From Vicugna vicugna (lineage: Eukaryota): a stretch of DNA of 64,000 bases. The stretch lies in assembly GCA_013265495.1 (NCBI GenBank), contig MU058000.1, positions 2,108,001-2,172,000 on the forward strand, given 5' to 3'. A program made the position numbers and the translations under genes. Every line of letters starts with the position of its first letter. The first letter of the stretch is position 1. The notes beneath the pieces were generated by a model, which did no database searches, was not told the origin of the DNA, and saw nothing but the letters and a program-made list of their open reading frames with translations. This document shows, one piece after another, positions 51,221 through 64,000 of the stretch.

Positions 51221-54200
51221 TTATGTTTCCTGTATTCTTGCAGCTCACAATTTAGAGACAGAAATATCCCTCCAATTATTGTGTTGGTCCTAAGTGTAAT
51301 AGTCATTAAAGATTTGTGACTGGGTGAGTAACATCATGACACCTTTGTTTATAGAAGATGGTTATAGAGAAGTTACTGAAGATGACATGTTTGGAGTCAG
51401 ACTAGAGACAAGCAGACCAATTATTTAGGAATAATGCAATAATGGTTTGCACTAAGATAACAGAAATGGATGCTACAGTGCTTGGCACTGAAAATTGATC
51501 CTGAAAATTTAATGAATGATTTTCTGGGTTTTTTTTTTCTGTCTTTTCTGTTTTTAATCCAGACATTTGACTTTGTGTAGGCAAATCCTAAATTTAAAAC
51601 TGAATAACCAAAGGGTATCTGATGACACCCAAATAATTTAAAACTAGCATTGGTGGGGTGACAGGCCTTCAGGATTTTTCTTCCAGATATGAAAAATTTA
51701 ATAAATAAATACCAGTTTGTTACCAAAATTTTAACCTTTGAGGAATACCTACGGAGAACACCACCTTAGCATTCATCATTAAAGCACACCCATCAATTCC
51801 ATCTATTGTAAAACAGCAGAGCATCTTATTACATGGGGAAGAAAAGAGGGGCAGTAGGAACAGTATCATATTTCTTTATCCTTGGTTCCTAATGTTTGTG
51901 GGCATCCCCTCCCCTCAAACTGAAGACAGCAAATTGCTCTTCACAGATAAAATCACACAAGAAGCCAGAGAAAAGGGGAAACAGATGGAGAGGGAGAAGG
52001 AGGGGGTGGAAAGAAACGGAAGGGAAACAAGCTGACACCTGTTTTCCAGCACAATGATCATTAAAGTTATCGCATGTTATGCCAGAAGCTTTATTTTAAA
52101 TACCCTGTCTGCTACCTTCTGGGTTAAATAAATAGTTTTGAATATGCATCTCATTCAAATTACTTTCCATCACAGTCAGTGACTGCAGTTAAAGTTACAG
52201 TACTAAGAATCTGTGAGTTCTTCCAGAAAAACAATGAAGAAGTTTTCCTTTTAAGAATGCTATCCCCATCTTGTTAATCCTGGAACATCCCTTGTTCCTG
52301 CATATAAAGTCGTTATATTTGGTACTTTAATAAATGCTCCCTGATAGGGCAAATTGTTAGTATTCCAAAACCAACGTCATCATCAGCATCCATCGTGATC
52401 ATCATCACCATCTTTACATAAGGAAGCGAAGCATTGGTTAGGATAGACAATAATTTGATAGAGTAGCACTGGTACCAAGAAGATTTGTCACCATGAGACT
52501 AGAGATTAATCTTCAAATGGAAATTGCTGGATATATAAGCCATACTTATATCAACTAAAATTTTTAAACAAACAAACAAATTAGTGTATTGTGCTGATTC
52601 AGCTATTTCTAGAAATATGTATCAGTCCTGGTAATTACAAAGTCCATTTATATATAGCAAGGGTTTTTTTGCAATTAGTTTGTATTGATTAGTAAATATT
52701 CATATGCTTTGCTGTTATTACAGTAGCTGTTATATGAATGTAATAATTGTTGCTGAGCACTGCAGTCAGATTCTATTTTCTCTTGACATTTGTATGTTTG
52801 TTGCAATAAACATACTGATGATCTGGAAATGTTAAGTTCTTACTGTGCTAACACTTGTTTCTAAACTAAATAGTTTGTTGCTATAATCGGTAGCTATAGA
52901 ATTTATTATAGATTCTTAGTATAACTGTTCATTTTTAGGATATTGATAAATGTACATTTAATTTAAAAAAGCATATTCTCAGGTGAAAATGAACAATACT
53001 GTAAGAGTATGTTACTATGATATAAAGACCTGTAGTCAACCCCATTCCTATTTCTTATTAACTGTACAAATTTACTTAATTGAGTCAACATCAGTGTCCT
53101 CACATACATAATGGGAATAATGTTTTGGTAATTACATAATTACTATCCACCCACCCCCTCCTGTGTAAAGAAAACAATTATAAAATCTGGACATAATACC
53201 AAAAACAGTACACTGGCCAGTGATCAGCAGCAGACAGACGCTGGTGGGGAGCACCTGCACTGGGAGAAGGAGAGTCATATAAACAGAATTCCTGTGATTT
53301 CGGCCTGGGGCCAAGGATACTTAGCATGGTAGGAACAGAATGTGCGCTGGTGGTGGTAGACTAACTGAGGTATTTTGACCTAGAAGATGAGAAAAGTGAA
53401 GCCAGGGAAGCTGTGGCTACTGAGAGAGCAGGGTATTCCTGGAAGGTGATCATACACTCTATCATGGACCCCTGAACCTCACATACCTGTTGCACACTCA
53501 GAGCATCTGAACTAAAGACAAAAGACTGGGTCTGAGATGGGCTTCCACCCAGGAAACAGAGTTTAGACTTGAAGTCTATCTAATAATGGCCTGTTAAAGC
53601 AGGAGAAGCAATACTAGTCAGAGAAAATAACAGATTCTGCACAGAGTGCAGTTAGAAATTACCGAATATGTAAGAGAAATCAGGAAAATGGAACGCTTTT
53701 CAAGAGAAAACTGACTCTGAAATGACCTAGATGTTGGAACTAGTAAACAAGAGTTTTAAAGTGGCTATTACAGTTCACCTCGAAGAAGTAAAGCAGGTAT
53801 ACTCACATTAATGAAAAATACAGGCAGTCTCAGCAGAGTATAGTGGCAATATCATATAAAAGAAATAAGTGGAAATTCTACAACCATAAAAGACATACAT
53901 GAAATTAAAATTTTACTGAGTGGATTTAACAACTGAATGGAAATGGTAGATAAAAGATTTCAGTGAACTTGAAGATAAAATTTTTAAAAATTATCTAATG
54001 TGAAGAAAAGAAAACTAAAGATTGTAAAAAAAGAACTAATGGAGCTTCAAAGACCTTTTAGTTATATCAAATAGTTTAACATGCATGTCTTTGGAGTCCT
54101 AGAAGGAAAGGAGAAATAGAATGAACCAAAAGAAAAATGAAGAATTAATAGTTGAGGATTTCCTAAATTTGATCAAAGACAGAAATTTCCACATACATTT

Positions 54201-54780
54201 AAAAAAGGCAGAAAAACACCAAAAAAGTTGTGCCTCATCACATCACAGCAAAACTGTTGAAAGTTCCTCTCCCCAACCCCGCCCAAAAAGGCCAAATCTT
54301 GAAGTCAGCAAGAGAAGTGGCACATTACATAAAGTGCATAAATGGGATTGATGATTTGATTAATAACTGGCTTCTCATCAGAAATATGTATATTAATAAA
54401 TATGTATACATAACCACTGCGTCATAAATAATGAGGAACATAAACCTACATGGTTGCAAGTTTTGCATACTTTACATGAAATGGTACATGTAATCCCTGG
54501 TGCAAACAGTAAAATGCATAAGAGAAGCAGAGCTAAATGTTAACAGGGAGATTAAAATGATATTCTAAAGAAAATGTCAAATAATTTTAAAAAGGCAGAA
54601 AAAGAGTAACAAAAATGGGGAGACAGAAAAAAAGTAGTAAAAGAGTAGGGCTGCTCCCAAACATTTACATTAAACATTCACAGGCAAAAGCTGCAATTAA
54701 AATGTAGGAATTGTCAGTATGCAGTAGAGAACAAAAAACAAGATCTGAAAACATGCTTTCTATAAGAAAACCACTTTACA

Positions 54781-57692
54781 GGTGGGCCAGGGTGGCAGAG
54801 TAGGAAGGCCCTGTGCTCACAACTTCCCACAGGCACATAAAAATTGAACCTATTTACAGAGCAATTTTCTGTGAGAATGACCTGAAGACAAGTGGAAAAG
54901 ATTTTCCACAACTAAAGATATAAAGAAGGAATCACAGTGAATTGACTAGGAGGGGTGGAGATGTGGTATAGTCAAGACTAACACCCCCGGGAAAGCAGCT
55001 CACAAACAGAAGGAAAATTGCAGAGATATTCCTCAAAGAGCAAGGGGTTCATGGCCCATATCAGGCTCCCCAGCCTGGGGATCCTGTAACTAGGAAGATA
55101 AACTCTGGGAACATCTGGCTTTGAAGGCCGGAAGAGCTTACATATGGGAGAGGCTGTAAGAAACAGAGACTCTGCTCTTAGAGGGCGCACACAAAATCTC
55201 ACACACTGCATGTCCCAGCATGGGGGAGTAATGTGGAAGAGCCTGGGTCAGACCCACTTGCTGATTTGGACAGCCTCCCAAAGAGGCAGGAAGCAACTGG
55301 GACTCTCCCAGTGACATAGACACTGGCAGTAGCCATTTGGGGGAGCTCATTCTACCATGAAGACTCTGGTGCTGGCAGGCAGCATTCTGGAGTCCTCTCC
55401 CTAGCTTATTAGCACCAGGGCCTTACCTGACACCAGCCCTGGGATCCCCCTGGCCACACAGTCAATGGTACCAGGACCCAGCTCTATGCACCAGAAGACC
55501 AGCAGCCACCACATGAGTCAAGGTTCTGCATCCAGCTGGGTGAAGATCAGCCCCACCTACCAGTGTACCCATAGTAGTCAGCCTGGCCACAAGAGGAGGG
55601 CCCATGTAACCCACATTGGGGGCACCCCTATAACATATAGCTCTGGTGACCAGAATGAAATATACTCCTGGGCCCCATAGGATGTCTCCTACATAAGGCC
55701 ACTTTCCCAAGATCACAAAACATAACCAGCCTACCTAATACATAGAAATAAAAACAAAGAATTAAACAAAATGAGGAGACAGAGGATTATGTTCCAAATG
55801 AAGGAAAAAGACAAAACCCCAGAAGAAAATTAAGTGAAGTGGAGATAAATAGTCTACTTGATAAATAGTTCAAGGTAATGATCATAAAGATGCTCAACAA
55901 ACTCAAGAGAAGAATGGATGAACACAGTGGGAAATTTAACAAAGAGAAGACATAAACAAGGACCAAACAGAGCTGAAAAATATAATACCTGAAATAATAA
56001 AAACACCAGAAGGACTCAACAGTAGGCTAGACGTTACAGAGGAGAAAATCCGTCAACTGGAATACAGAGTAGTGGAAATCACCCAAACTGAACAGAAGAG
56101 AGGAAAATAATAATTTAAAAAAAGAGGATAATGTAAGAGACCTCTGGGACAACATCAAATGTATTGACATTTGCATTTATAGGGACCCCAGAAAAAGAGA
56201 GAGAGAGAGAAGGGGACAGATAACTTATTTGAAGAAATAATAGCTGAAAACTTGCCTAGCCTGGGAAAGGAAACAGACATCCAGGTCAAGGAGGCTCAGA
56301 GAGTTCCAAACAAGATGAACTCAAAGAGGTCCACACAAAGACACACTGTAATTAAAATGGCCAAAATTAAAAAAAAAAAAAAGAAGACAGAACCTTAAAA
56401 GCAGCAAGAGAAAAGCACCTAGTTCCGTATGAAGGGACTCCCATAAGACCATGAGCTGACTTTTCAGCAGAAACTTTGCAGGCCAGACGGGAGTGGCACA
56501 ATATGCTCAAATTGAGAGAGAGTGAATTTTAAAGACCAGCAAAAGCTGAAGGAGTTCAGTACCCACTGCTTTACAACAAATGCTATAGAGGCTTCTTTAA
56601 GTGGAAAATAAAAGGCCACAAATACAAATACTAAAATTATGAAAGGAAAAGTCTCATTATTCAAGGTAAACATACATTAAAGGTAATAGATCAACCAATT
56701 AAAAAGCTAGTATGAAGGTTAAAGGATGAAAGCAGTAAAATTATTTATATTCACTATATACAGGTAAGGGATATACAAAACTGAAAGATATAAAATATGA
56801 TGTTAAAACACTAAGCTTACGAGGGGAGTGAGAATGCGGGGTTGCAACAACATATAGGCATATGTTGTTATAAATGAACCTCATGGAAACACGTTACCAC
56901 AAATAACAAGTGTTGGCTAAGATGCAGAGAAAAGGAAACCATGGTGCACTGTTGGTAGGAATGTAAATGGTACAGCCACTATGGAACATAGTCTAAAGAT
57001 TCCTCAAGTAATTAAAAATAGAATTGCCATATGATCCAGGAATTCCACTTCTGGGTATTTATGCGAAGAAAACAAAAACACGAATTTGAAAAGATACACG
57101 CACCCCTTTGTTCATTGCAGCATTATTTACGACAGTCAAGATTTGGAAGCAGCCTAAATGTCCACTGACAGATGACTAACAAAAGAAGGTGATAGGTATA
57201 GTCAGTGGAATATTAGTCAACCATAAAAACAATGAAATCTTGCCATTTGGGAAAACTTGGATGGATCTAGAAGGTGTTATGCTAAGTGAAATCTGTCAGA
57301 CAGAGAAAGACAGATACTTTATGAGCTCACTTAGAAAATCTAAAAAGCAAAACAACAACAAAAACAACAAAAACAACAACAACAGCAACAACATACACAG
57401 TCTCATAGTTACAAAGAACAAGCTGATGGTTACCAGAGAGGAGGGGGGGGTGGGGTAATGAGTGAAATAGGTGAGTGCGATTAAGAGGTACAAACTTTCT
57501 GTTATAAAATAAATAAGTCATGGGGATGTAATGTGCAGCATAGGGAATACGGTCAAAAATATTCTAATAACTTTGTATGGTGACAGATGGTAATTAGGCT
57601 TATGGTGATCATTTCATAATGTATAAAAATATCAAATCGCTATATTGTATACCTGAGACTAATATAATATTGTAAGTCAAATATATTTGATA
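54781..57692 (+). mobile_element. Younger LINE-1 (L1MA9-like 3'UTR): 5'UTR, ORF1 and spacer joined directly to ORF2 C-terminus and 3'UTR
   Basis: 5' end ggccagggtggcagagtaggaagg; ORF1 remnant ~55770-56610; junction ~56895; 3' end gaggtacaaactttctgttataaaataaataagtcatggggatgtaatg... Confidence 0.85.
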
Positions 57693-59569
57693 AAGAAACA
57701 CTAAGTATTAAGACATCAACTAGGTTTAAATTTAATGGGTGGAAAAACTATACTATGCAAGCAGTAATCATAAAAAAGGCTGGGGTCACTCTCCTGATAT
57801 CAAGTAAAATAAATTTTGAGGCCAAATGTAGTATTAAAGATAGAGGACCATTTCATAATAATAAAAAGAATAAATTGACCAGGAAGATATAGTAATCATA
57901 AACATGTAAGTGCCTAGTAACAGAGCTTCAATATAAGAAGTAAAAATTGAAAGAATCAAAGGGAGAAACAGTTAATTCCACAGTCATAAATGGATATTTT
58001 AACAACAATCTCTCAGCAGTTGTTAGAAGAAATAGACAAAGAATCAGCAGACTTAGACTATCTGAATAGTACTACAAACTAACTTGATTTATATATCCCT
58101 ACTCCTTGATTTAAATGATACCCATATCCTCCCCAAAAGGCAACCTAAATGTTTTTAAGTGCACATGATTTTAAAACTGACCATATGTTGCTCTGTAAAA
58201 AAAAAAATCCTCAATAAATTTAAAAATTTTGAAATCACAGAGAAAATATTTTCTGACCAGTATTAATGCAATTAAGATCAATAGCAGAAAGATAGTTGGA
58301 AAACCCTACGTATTTGGAAAATAAATAACACACTTCTGAATAAGTCAAAAGTTATAAATCAAAGAAGAAATCACTAAGAAACTTTGAATTACATTATAAT
58401 AAAAAATTAAACAGATAAAAATTAGTAGGGTGCGGCTAAGGCAGTACTAAAGAAAATTTATACTTTAAAACTTATACAGCAAAAAAAAAAGGAAGGTCTA
58501 AAATAAATGATCTGGGTTCACACTTTAAGTATTATAAAAAGAAGAAGAATTTAAATCCAAAATAAGTAGAGGGAAGGAGATAATAGAGGTAAGAGTAGAA
58601 AGCAATAAAATATAAAACAGAAACATAATAATGAAAATCAATACCTAAAAGCTGGATAAATTTATAAACCTCCAGACAGACTTTTCAGTAATAAAGAAAA
58701 GAAGAAACAAATTACCAATTAGAAGAAAAGGGGGCATCCATAAAGATTCTGTAAACATTAAAGATAATAGGTAATATTACAGATAAATCTATGACACATT
58801 TGACAACCTAGATCGAATGATAAATCTATGAATAAATTGACACTGAAATTTCATATTTCAATTTAAAATTAAATTTATAATGAAAAGCTTTCCCTTAACT
58901 ATAACTCCAGAACTAGATGTCTGTACTGGTGAATTATTTCAATCTGTGAAGGAGTAGTACAAAACTTAAACTGTTTCAGTAATGTGAGAGAGAACACCCC
59001 TCAATTTATTTTGTTCTACCAATATTATCCTTATTTAATAAAAAATATCAAAGACATAGAATGACATAAAACTACAGACCAATAACCTTCAGGATCATGG
59101 ACATCAAGTTTACAAAATTTTAGCAGTTGAGATTCAACAATTTATAAAAAGGATAGATATACCATACTAACAAAGTGAATTTTATCTAAAGAATCCAAAT
59201 TTGGTTTACTATCAAAAAAAATCAACCAATGAAATTAAAAAAATAAAACAATCGTTTCAATAAATACAGAAATATTTAAGAAAATTCAACACTGACTTGT
59301 GATAAAATGCTCATCAAATTGTAAATAAAGCTTCATAAATCTGATAAAAAGGTATTTATAAACAATCGAGAAACCCAAAACACTGCAACTAACATCCAGC
59401 TTAATGCTTTTGACTTTATATTAAGGAAAAAAAAGCACAAGTGTGTATTGTAAATGTTTTTGAGCTTTGAAATAAGGTAGGAAAAAAGATTGGGAAGGAA
59501 TTACAACTGCAACATATTTGCAGACAATATGATCTAATGTTTTAAATCTAGATTTTATTTTTAATTAGG

Positions 59570-60090
59570 TGTTGTGAGTCCAACAGATGTGGAGACAATT
59601 GCTATTAAAAACAAATCAATTTATTACACACAGTTCTCAAGTGGAGGGATGTGTGCCTTTGCGCTCAGGGCCACACCAGAGAACACAGACTGGGTAAGGG
59701 CACAAAGAGAAGGGAACTGAGTGGGAAGCCTTTATTGTGTTTTTCTGGGAGGGAGCAGGCCAGGCAGGCTAAGTAGGCCAAGCAGGATTAGAATTGGCTA
59801 GTTTGAATAATTTCAGAGGGCTCAGGGAAACTGTGGTATCTCCTAGTTGTTTGCTATCAGGCCCTGGGGTGATAAGGGCAGAGGAATAGTGGCCTGGAGT
59901 CTGTCTAATAAAGGAGGCTGTTGGGTAGTGGGCTCAGGATTGTTTAGTCTGCACTTGAAAAGCTTGCTCAGAGGCAAGTCATTGGCTCTCTTTAGAATCT
60001 GCTAACACTGGCAGAGGCAGTCCCTCCCAGGTCAGTGAGGTTCTGGATGTCAAAGCATCAAATTCAGAATCTAGCAAACATGATTAGTAT
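59570..60090 (-). mobile_element. ERVL-type solo LTR (MER74/MER76-like; subfamily uncertain) nested in old L1 ORF2
   Basis: GC-richer block with antisense polyA signal (gcctttattg); L1 text gcagacaatatgat resumes after it (tgtttatataaaatcctaaagaa). Confidence 0.65.
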
Positions 60091-62065
60091 ATATTGTTTA
60101 TATAAAATCCTAAAGAACTTAAAAAAAAAACCCTACTAGAATTAATACATTAATTTAATAAGATTATAGAGTAAAAGTGCAAGGTACAAAAATCAGTTGT
60201 GTGTGTGTGAACAAGAAGCAAGTAGAACATTAAATAAAACTGCAATTTCACTTAAAATAGCAAAATATATATAAGAAATACTTTAATAAATGGTATACAA
60301 GATATTGAAAATTTAGTGCATTACAAAGGGAAACTAAAGAAGACCTTAACAAATGGAGAGATGTACAGTGTTTATGAATCGATACATCCCGTGTTATTAA
60401 CACTGCAATTCTCCTCAAATTGATATATAGATGCAGTGTAATCTAAGTCAAAATTATAACAGACTTGCATTTTCAAGAAATTCACATGTTGATTCTAAAG
60501 TAACTGTCTAATGACATAGGTCTAAAAAGCCAAAACAATTTTAAAAAGGGAAAATATAAAAAAACATACTACCTGATTTCAAGGTTTGCTGTGAAACTAT
60601 AGTAAATCAGATTGTGCAGTGTTAGCATACAGATAGACATCTAGCTCATGTGAGCAGAATACAGTAGACCTACTTATATAGAGATAATTGATTTTCAATT
60701 AAATCCCCAAGTAATTCAATGAGAAGACATAGTCCTTTCAACAAATGATGCTAGAACAATTGAAAGTCAATAAGAATTTTTAAAAAGACCAAGAAGCTCT
60801 CTACTTTTACCTAACACCATACATAATTAGAAACTGCAAAAGTACACTTACTGAAGTATTTCAGTGGTTGCGTGGGACGAGGAGCCCTAGGAGAAGGCTG
60901 ACTACAGAGGGACTCAAGGGAAGTTTTTAGGGTGATGGAAATTTTCTGTATCTTGATGATATTGGTATTATTCAAAAAATTTCATCCAAATTTTACACTT
61001 TAAATGAGTAAACATTATTGTATATGAATTATATCTCAATAAAGATGGATAAAAATGGAAATAATCATGTCTTAGAATACTTCTACAATTCACAAATTAA
61101 ATAATGCACATAAAAGTCCTTAAATTATAAATTACAAGTTCAAGGTGCTCTTATTACTATATCAAAATATTGACTCCTTGATTAGGGAGAAGTATCATTC
61201 ACATAAATTGAATGCATTCTTTGTCATGTAGTTTACATACATTATCATATATTCTTGAAATGTCCATTGATTATTATACCATTTCTTACAAACAAATTTA
61301 CACAGTATAAATGATAGTGAAAAATCAAATGGGCAGTAAACTGCAGAACTAGAATTGAAACATGTCTTTTTACTGTGAAGCTAAAAATCTTTTCTACTTT
61401 GTTGTTGTGCCTTTTGTATTCAAAGTTTATCAGTTAGCTTGAACAAAATTTATACAAGTTTAGGCATTAAAGTTTTCATTTAGGTTTAAATTTATGCCAT
61501 AATAATTGAAAGCTAATCTGATAAAGAGCGGTTTCTGTATCTTCTATAAATTTTTGTGGTTTTTAATAGTTCACTCAATAATACATAAAATGATACAAAA
61601 CAATTTCCTTCTTGAATTTAGAACAGAAATAGACTTGATGATCAGAAAAACATGTTTTTAATTTTAATCTGGGAATTAAATAATGCTTATGGGGAGGATT
61701 TTGCCATTTAAAGCATATATGTAGCTATATCTTTAATATATTTTAAATGTTATCATTGTCATTTTACCCCATGTGTTTTCTATTTTTAACTTGGCTGACA
61801 GGAAATTTAAAACAAAGGTTAACATTCAGTTTTAACAACTCTTTAGTCCTAATTTAATGACACACAATTCATCCACATTACCTAATTACGTACACATTTA
61901 ATATTTGTCTTATATGTGATTTAACATTTTATGCCAATGCCAATACTTTTGAGGCAGTGAACTACAAACAATAGTAAAGTGAAAAAGAAAGTTAAAAAAA
62001 GTTTATAAAAAAAAGGTTCGTGTGTTTTTAGCTATTAAGTTTTGCTCTTAAAAATCAGCATTCAT

Positions 62066-62131
62066 GCTTCACCCTGTGTACACTAGAAACTGACACAACA
62101 TTGTAAACTGACTATACTTCAATTTAAAAAT
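62066..62131 (+). mobile_element. 66-bp L1 3'-terminal insertion with perfect 14-bp TSD
   Basis: tgtgtacactagaaactgacacaacattgtaaactgactatacttcaatttaaaaa; TSD aaatcagcattcat at 62052-62065 and 62132-62145. Confidence 0.92.
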
Positions 62132-62849
62132 AAATCAGCATTCATTTTTTAGGTCAGTATCCCAAATCAGGCATCTGGCCGCAACTGCTTGTCATAAGAT
62201 CTATTAAAATGAAAATGCCTCTTAGGAATAACAGTAATCGTTGAGAGTCTCTTCTGATACTGTATAGCAAAACAATGTACTTGTCTACACACATACAACC
62301 TTCCCCACGAACACTTGTGCAAACAATTTCAACCAAGTGAATCGTTGAAATCTTATTCATTCTATGTATTTAATTCAACTACTTAACATATGTATATTAT
62401 ATAAGAAGCACACAAATCAAATTTCATGAAATGTAAAAAGAAGAGGCATATAGGTACTAGCTATGGTCATGCTGTGACTTACTGACATTAGTTTCTAAGT
62501 AAAATATTTAGAGAAATGCGTGGAATTCTTCCCTATTTTATAGTTTTGAAATAAAAGTATAAAATTAAATATTGCGATACTAGAATAACTTCCTGAGCAG
62601 AAATTTAATATATATTTCATCTACACATGATCATATACATGGAGATTATTGCTAATTTCATTGATACTATGGGTCATTTTCCCAAAGAATCAGCCAGTAT
62701 GTATTCATTTGCATGGCATTGGTAAACTCATACACTAGATACTCTGATTAAAAGAGAATATATGTACACACATAGCTGATTTAGATTATGTATTTATTAT
62801 CAAGTAGTAGAGTAGAACTAATTCTTGACTATCTTCTGTTCTACGCATT

Positions 62850-63100
62850 GTCTTTCTTTTTGTTTGTTTGTTTTGAATTTTTGTTTGTTTTTTATTGAAG
62901 TAGTCAGTTACAATGTGTTAGTTTCTGGTGTAGAGCATAATGCCCCAGTCATGTGTCCCACACATATATTTGTTTTCATATTATTTTTCATTAAAAGTTA
63001 TTACAAGATATTGAATATAGTTCCCTGTGCTATACAGAAGAAATTTGTTTTTTAAGCTGTTTTTATATATAGTGGTTAATATTTGCAAATCCCAAACTCT
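62850..63100 (-). mobile_element. 5'-truncated young L1 3'UTR (same family as 3980-4894)
   Basis: ttattgaagtagtcagttacaatgtg...acaagatattgaatatagttccctgtgctatacagaagaaa is the reverse complement of 4700-4870. Confidence 0.9.
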
Positions 63101-63764
63101 TTAATTTAAATATTCTCATATCATACTCATGGGCCTAGCTAGAATTTCAAACATTATTTTTCAGATTTCAAAGCAAACATTTTGAGAACAAATAAAATAT
63201 TTTTCTCTAAAATTGCACTGAGACGAATTTGATATTTTCCTGGTTATACAGAATTGCAATTATGCACCATAGAATCATCATTAACACTTGTCATTTCAGT
63301 GATGAAAACCAAAGTGAGGAAAAATAGAGTGTTCCCAGTAAAAAAACAGCCAAACAAATCAGTTTTCACCTCTGCTCTGATGGAAATGTACTTATTGGTA
63401 CTGACATCATTTAAGTGTTCCAGGTCAAGCTCATGGATTTCTGGGGTGACCAACAGCATGAAGTTGTGCAGCGCACTCTGCGTGTGGGTAATCATGACAT
63501 CATGAACCTCTCTGGAGAGATTACGGGTTGATGATGTATTTGGTCTTCTCTTGTGTGGCTTGCCATGGTATGTTCCCAGTCTGCTCAGGGAAATCTGTTA
63601 TCACTGTAGAAGCTAATAATTCACGCCATCACCTATACCCTTTTGTGTAGAAAATATTGTTTGATGTGAAATTCGCTCGACAGTTTTCAGGTTGGCCATC
63701 TGACTGGTGATTGTTTACTTTTTCAGTTACCGTATCAGACACAGCGTTGAACGTGGAGTGCTGC

Positions 63765-64000
63765 TGACATGGTCTGAATGTGTTCCTGAAAAACTGATGT
63801 TGAATCCTAACCCCTAAAGGTGGTGTTATTAGGAGGTGGGGCCTTTGGGACATTCTTAACTCATGAGGGTGTTACCCTCACAGATGGAATTAGTGCCTTT
63901 GTAAAAGGGACTCCAGAGTCACTCCTCCCCCTTCTGCCGTGTGAGGACACAGCTAGAAGTCTATGACCTAGAAGAGGGAGCCCACCCAACCATGCTTGCA
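63765..64000 (+). mobile_element. MaLR LTR (MLT1A-like), runs off window end
   Basis: atggtctgaatgtgttcc...gttgaatcctaacccc...ttaggaggtggggcctttggga...tggaattagtgcc...ttctgccgtgtgaggacacag. Confidence 0.88.

Larger units (their letters stand above)
53122..61053 (+). mobile_element. Ancient near-full-length LINE-1 (L1ME/L1MD-like) inserted in a MIR, with TSD and nested insertions
   Basis: Decayed 5'UTR/ORF1 (53.1-54.7 kb), ORF2 (57.7-60.8 kb), 3'UTR ggtgatggaaattttctgtatcttgat...tatatctcaataaag; TSD aatgggaataat (53110-53121) / aatggaaataat (61054-61065). Confidence 0.85.

Noticed and set aside
57189..57493. Asn-rich and Leu-rich ORFs
   Set aside because: Produced by an (AAC)n microsatellite in an L1 3'UTR
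1..64000. tRNA, rRNA, snRNA, CRISPR, processed pseudogene, NUMT or intact ERV coding region
   Set aside because: None recognisable by eye; Infernal, tRNAscan and BLASTX would be needed to exclude diverged copies

Overview
AT-rich mammalian (eutherian) genomic DNA, intronic or intergenic. The young L1 3' ends look camelid-like and no Alu, B1, Bov-tA, PRE-1 or CHR SINEs are visible, so camel/alpaca is my inference. I recognise no host protein-coding gene. The ORF-track hits are chance ORFs, L1 remnants or translated Ns. Much of the window is interspersed repeat: L1s of several ages, L2, MIR, MaLR/ERVL LTRs (MLT1, MLT2) and DNA-transposon MITEs (MER20, MER58, Tigger2-like, Arthur1-like). Main structures: (i) an 898-N gap (29727-30624) flanked by two near-identical ~1.06 kb copies, probably two unmerged haplotypes; (ii) a nested TE stack at 53-61 kb (MIR > old near-full-length L1 with TSDs > younger L1 lacking almost all of ORF2, plus an LTR); (iii) a ~15 kb stretch (31.7-46.7 kb) without young TEs that holds candidate enhancer/promoter and first-exon elements (~32.2, ~34.0, ~38.0 kb); (iv) several candidate micro-exons at 5-15 kb. 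I found no clearly novel biological system. Repeat subfamily names come from recalled consensus sequences and need RepeatMasker/Dfam confirmation, and all exon calls are speculative.
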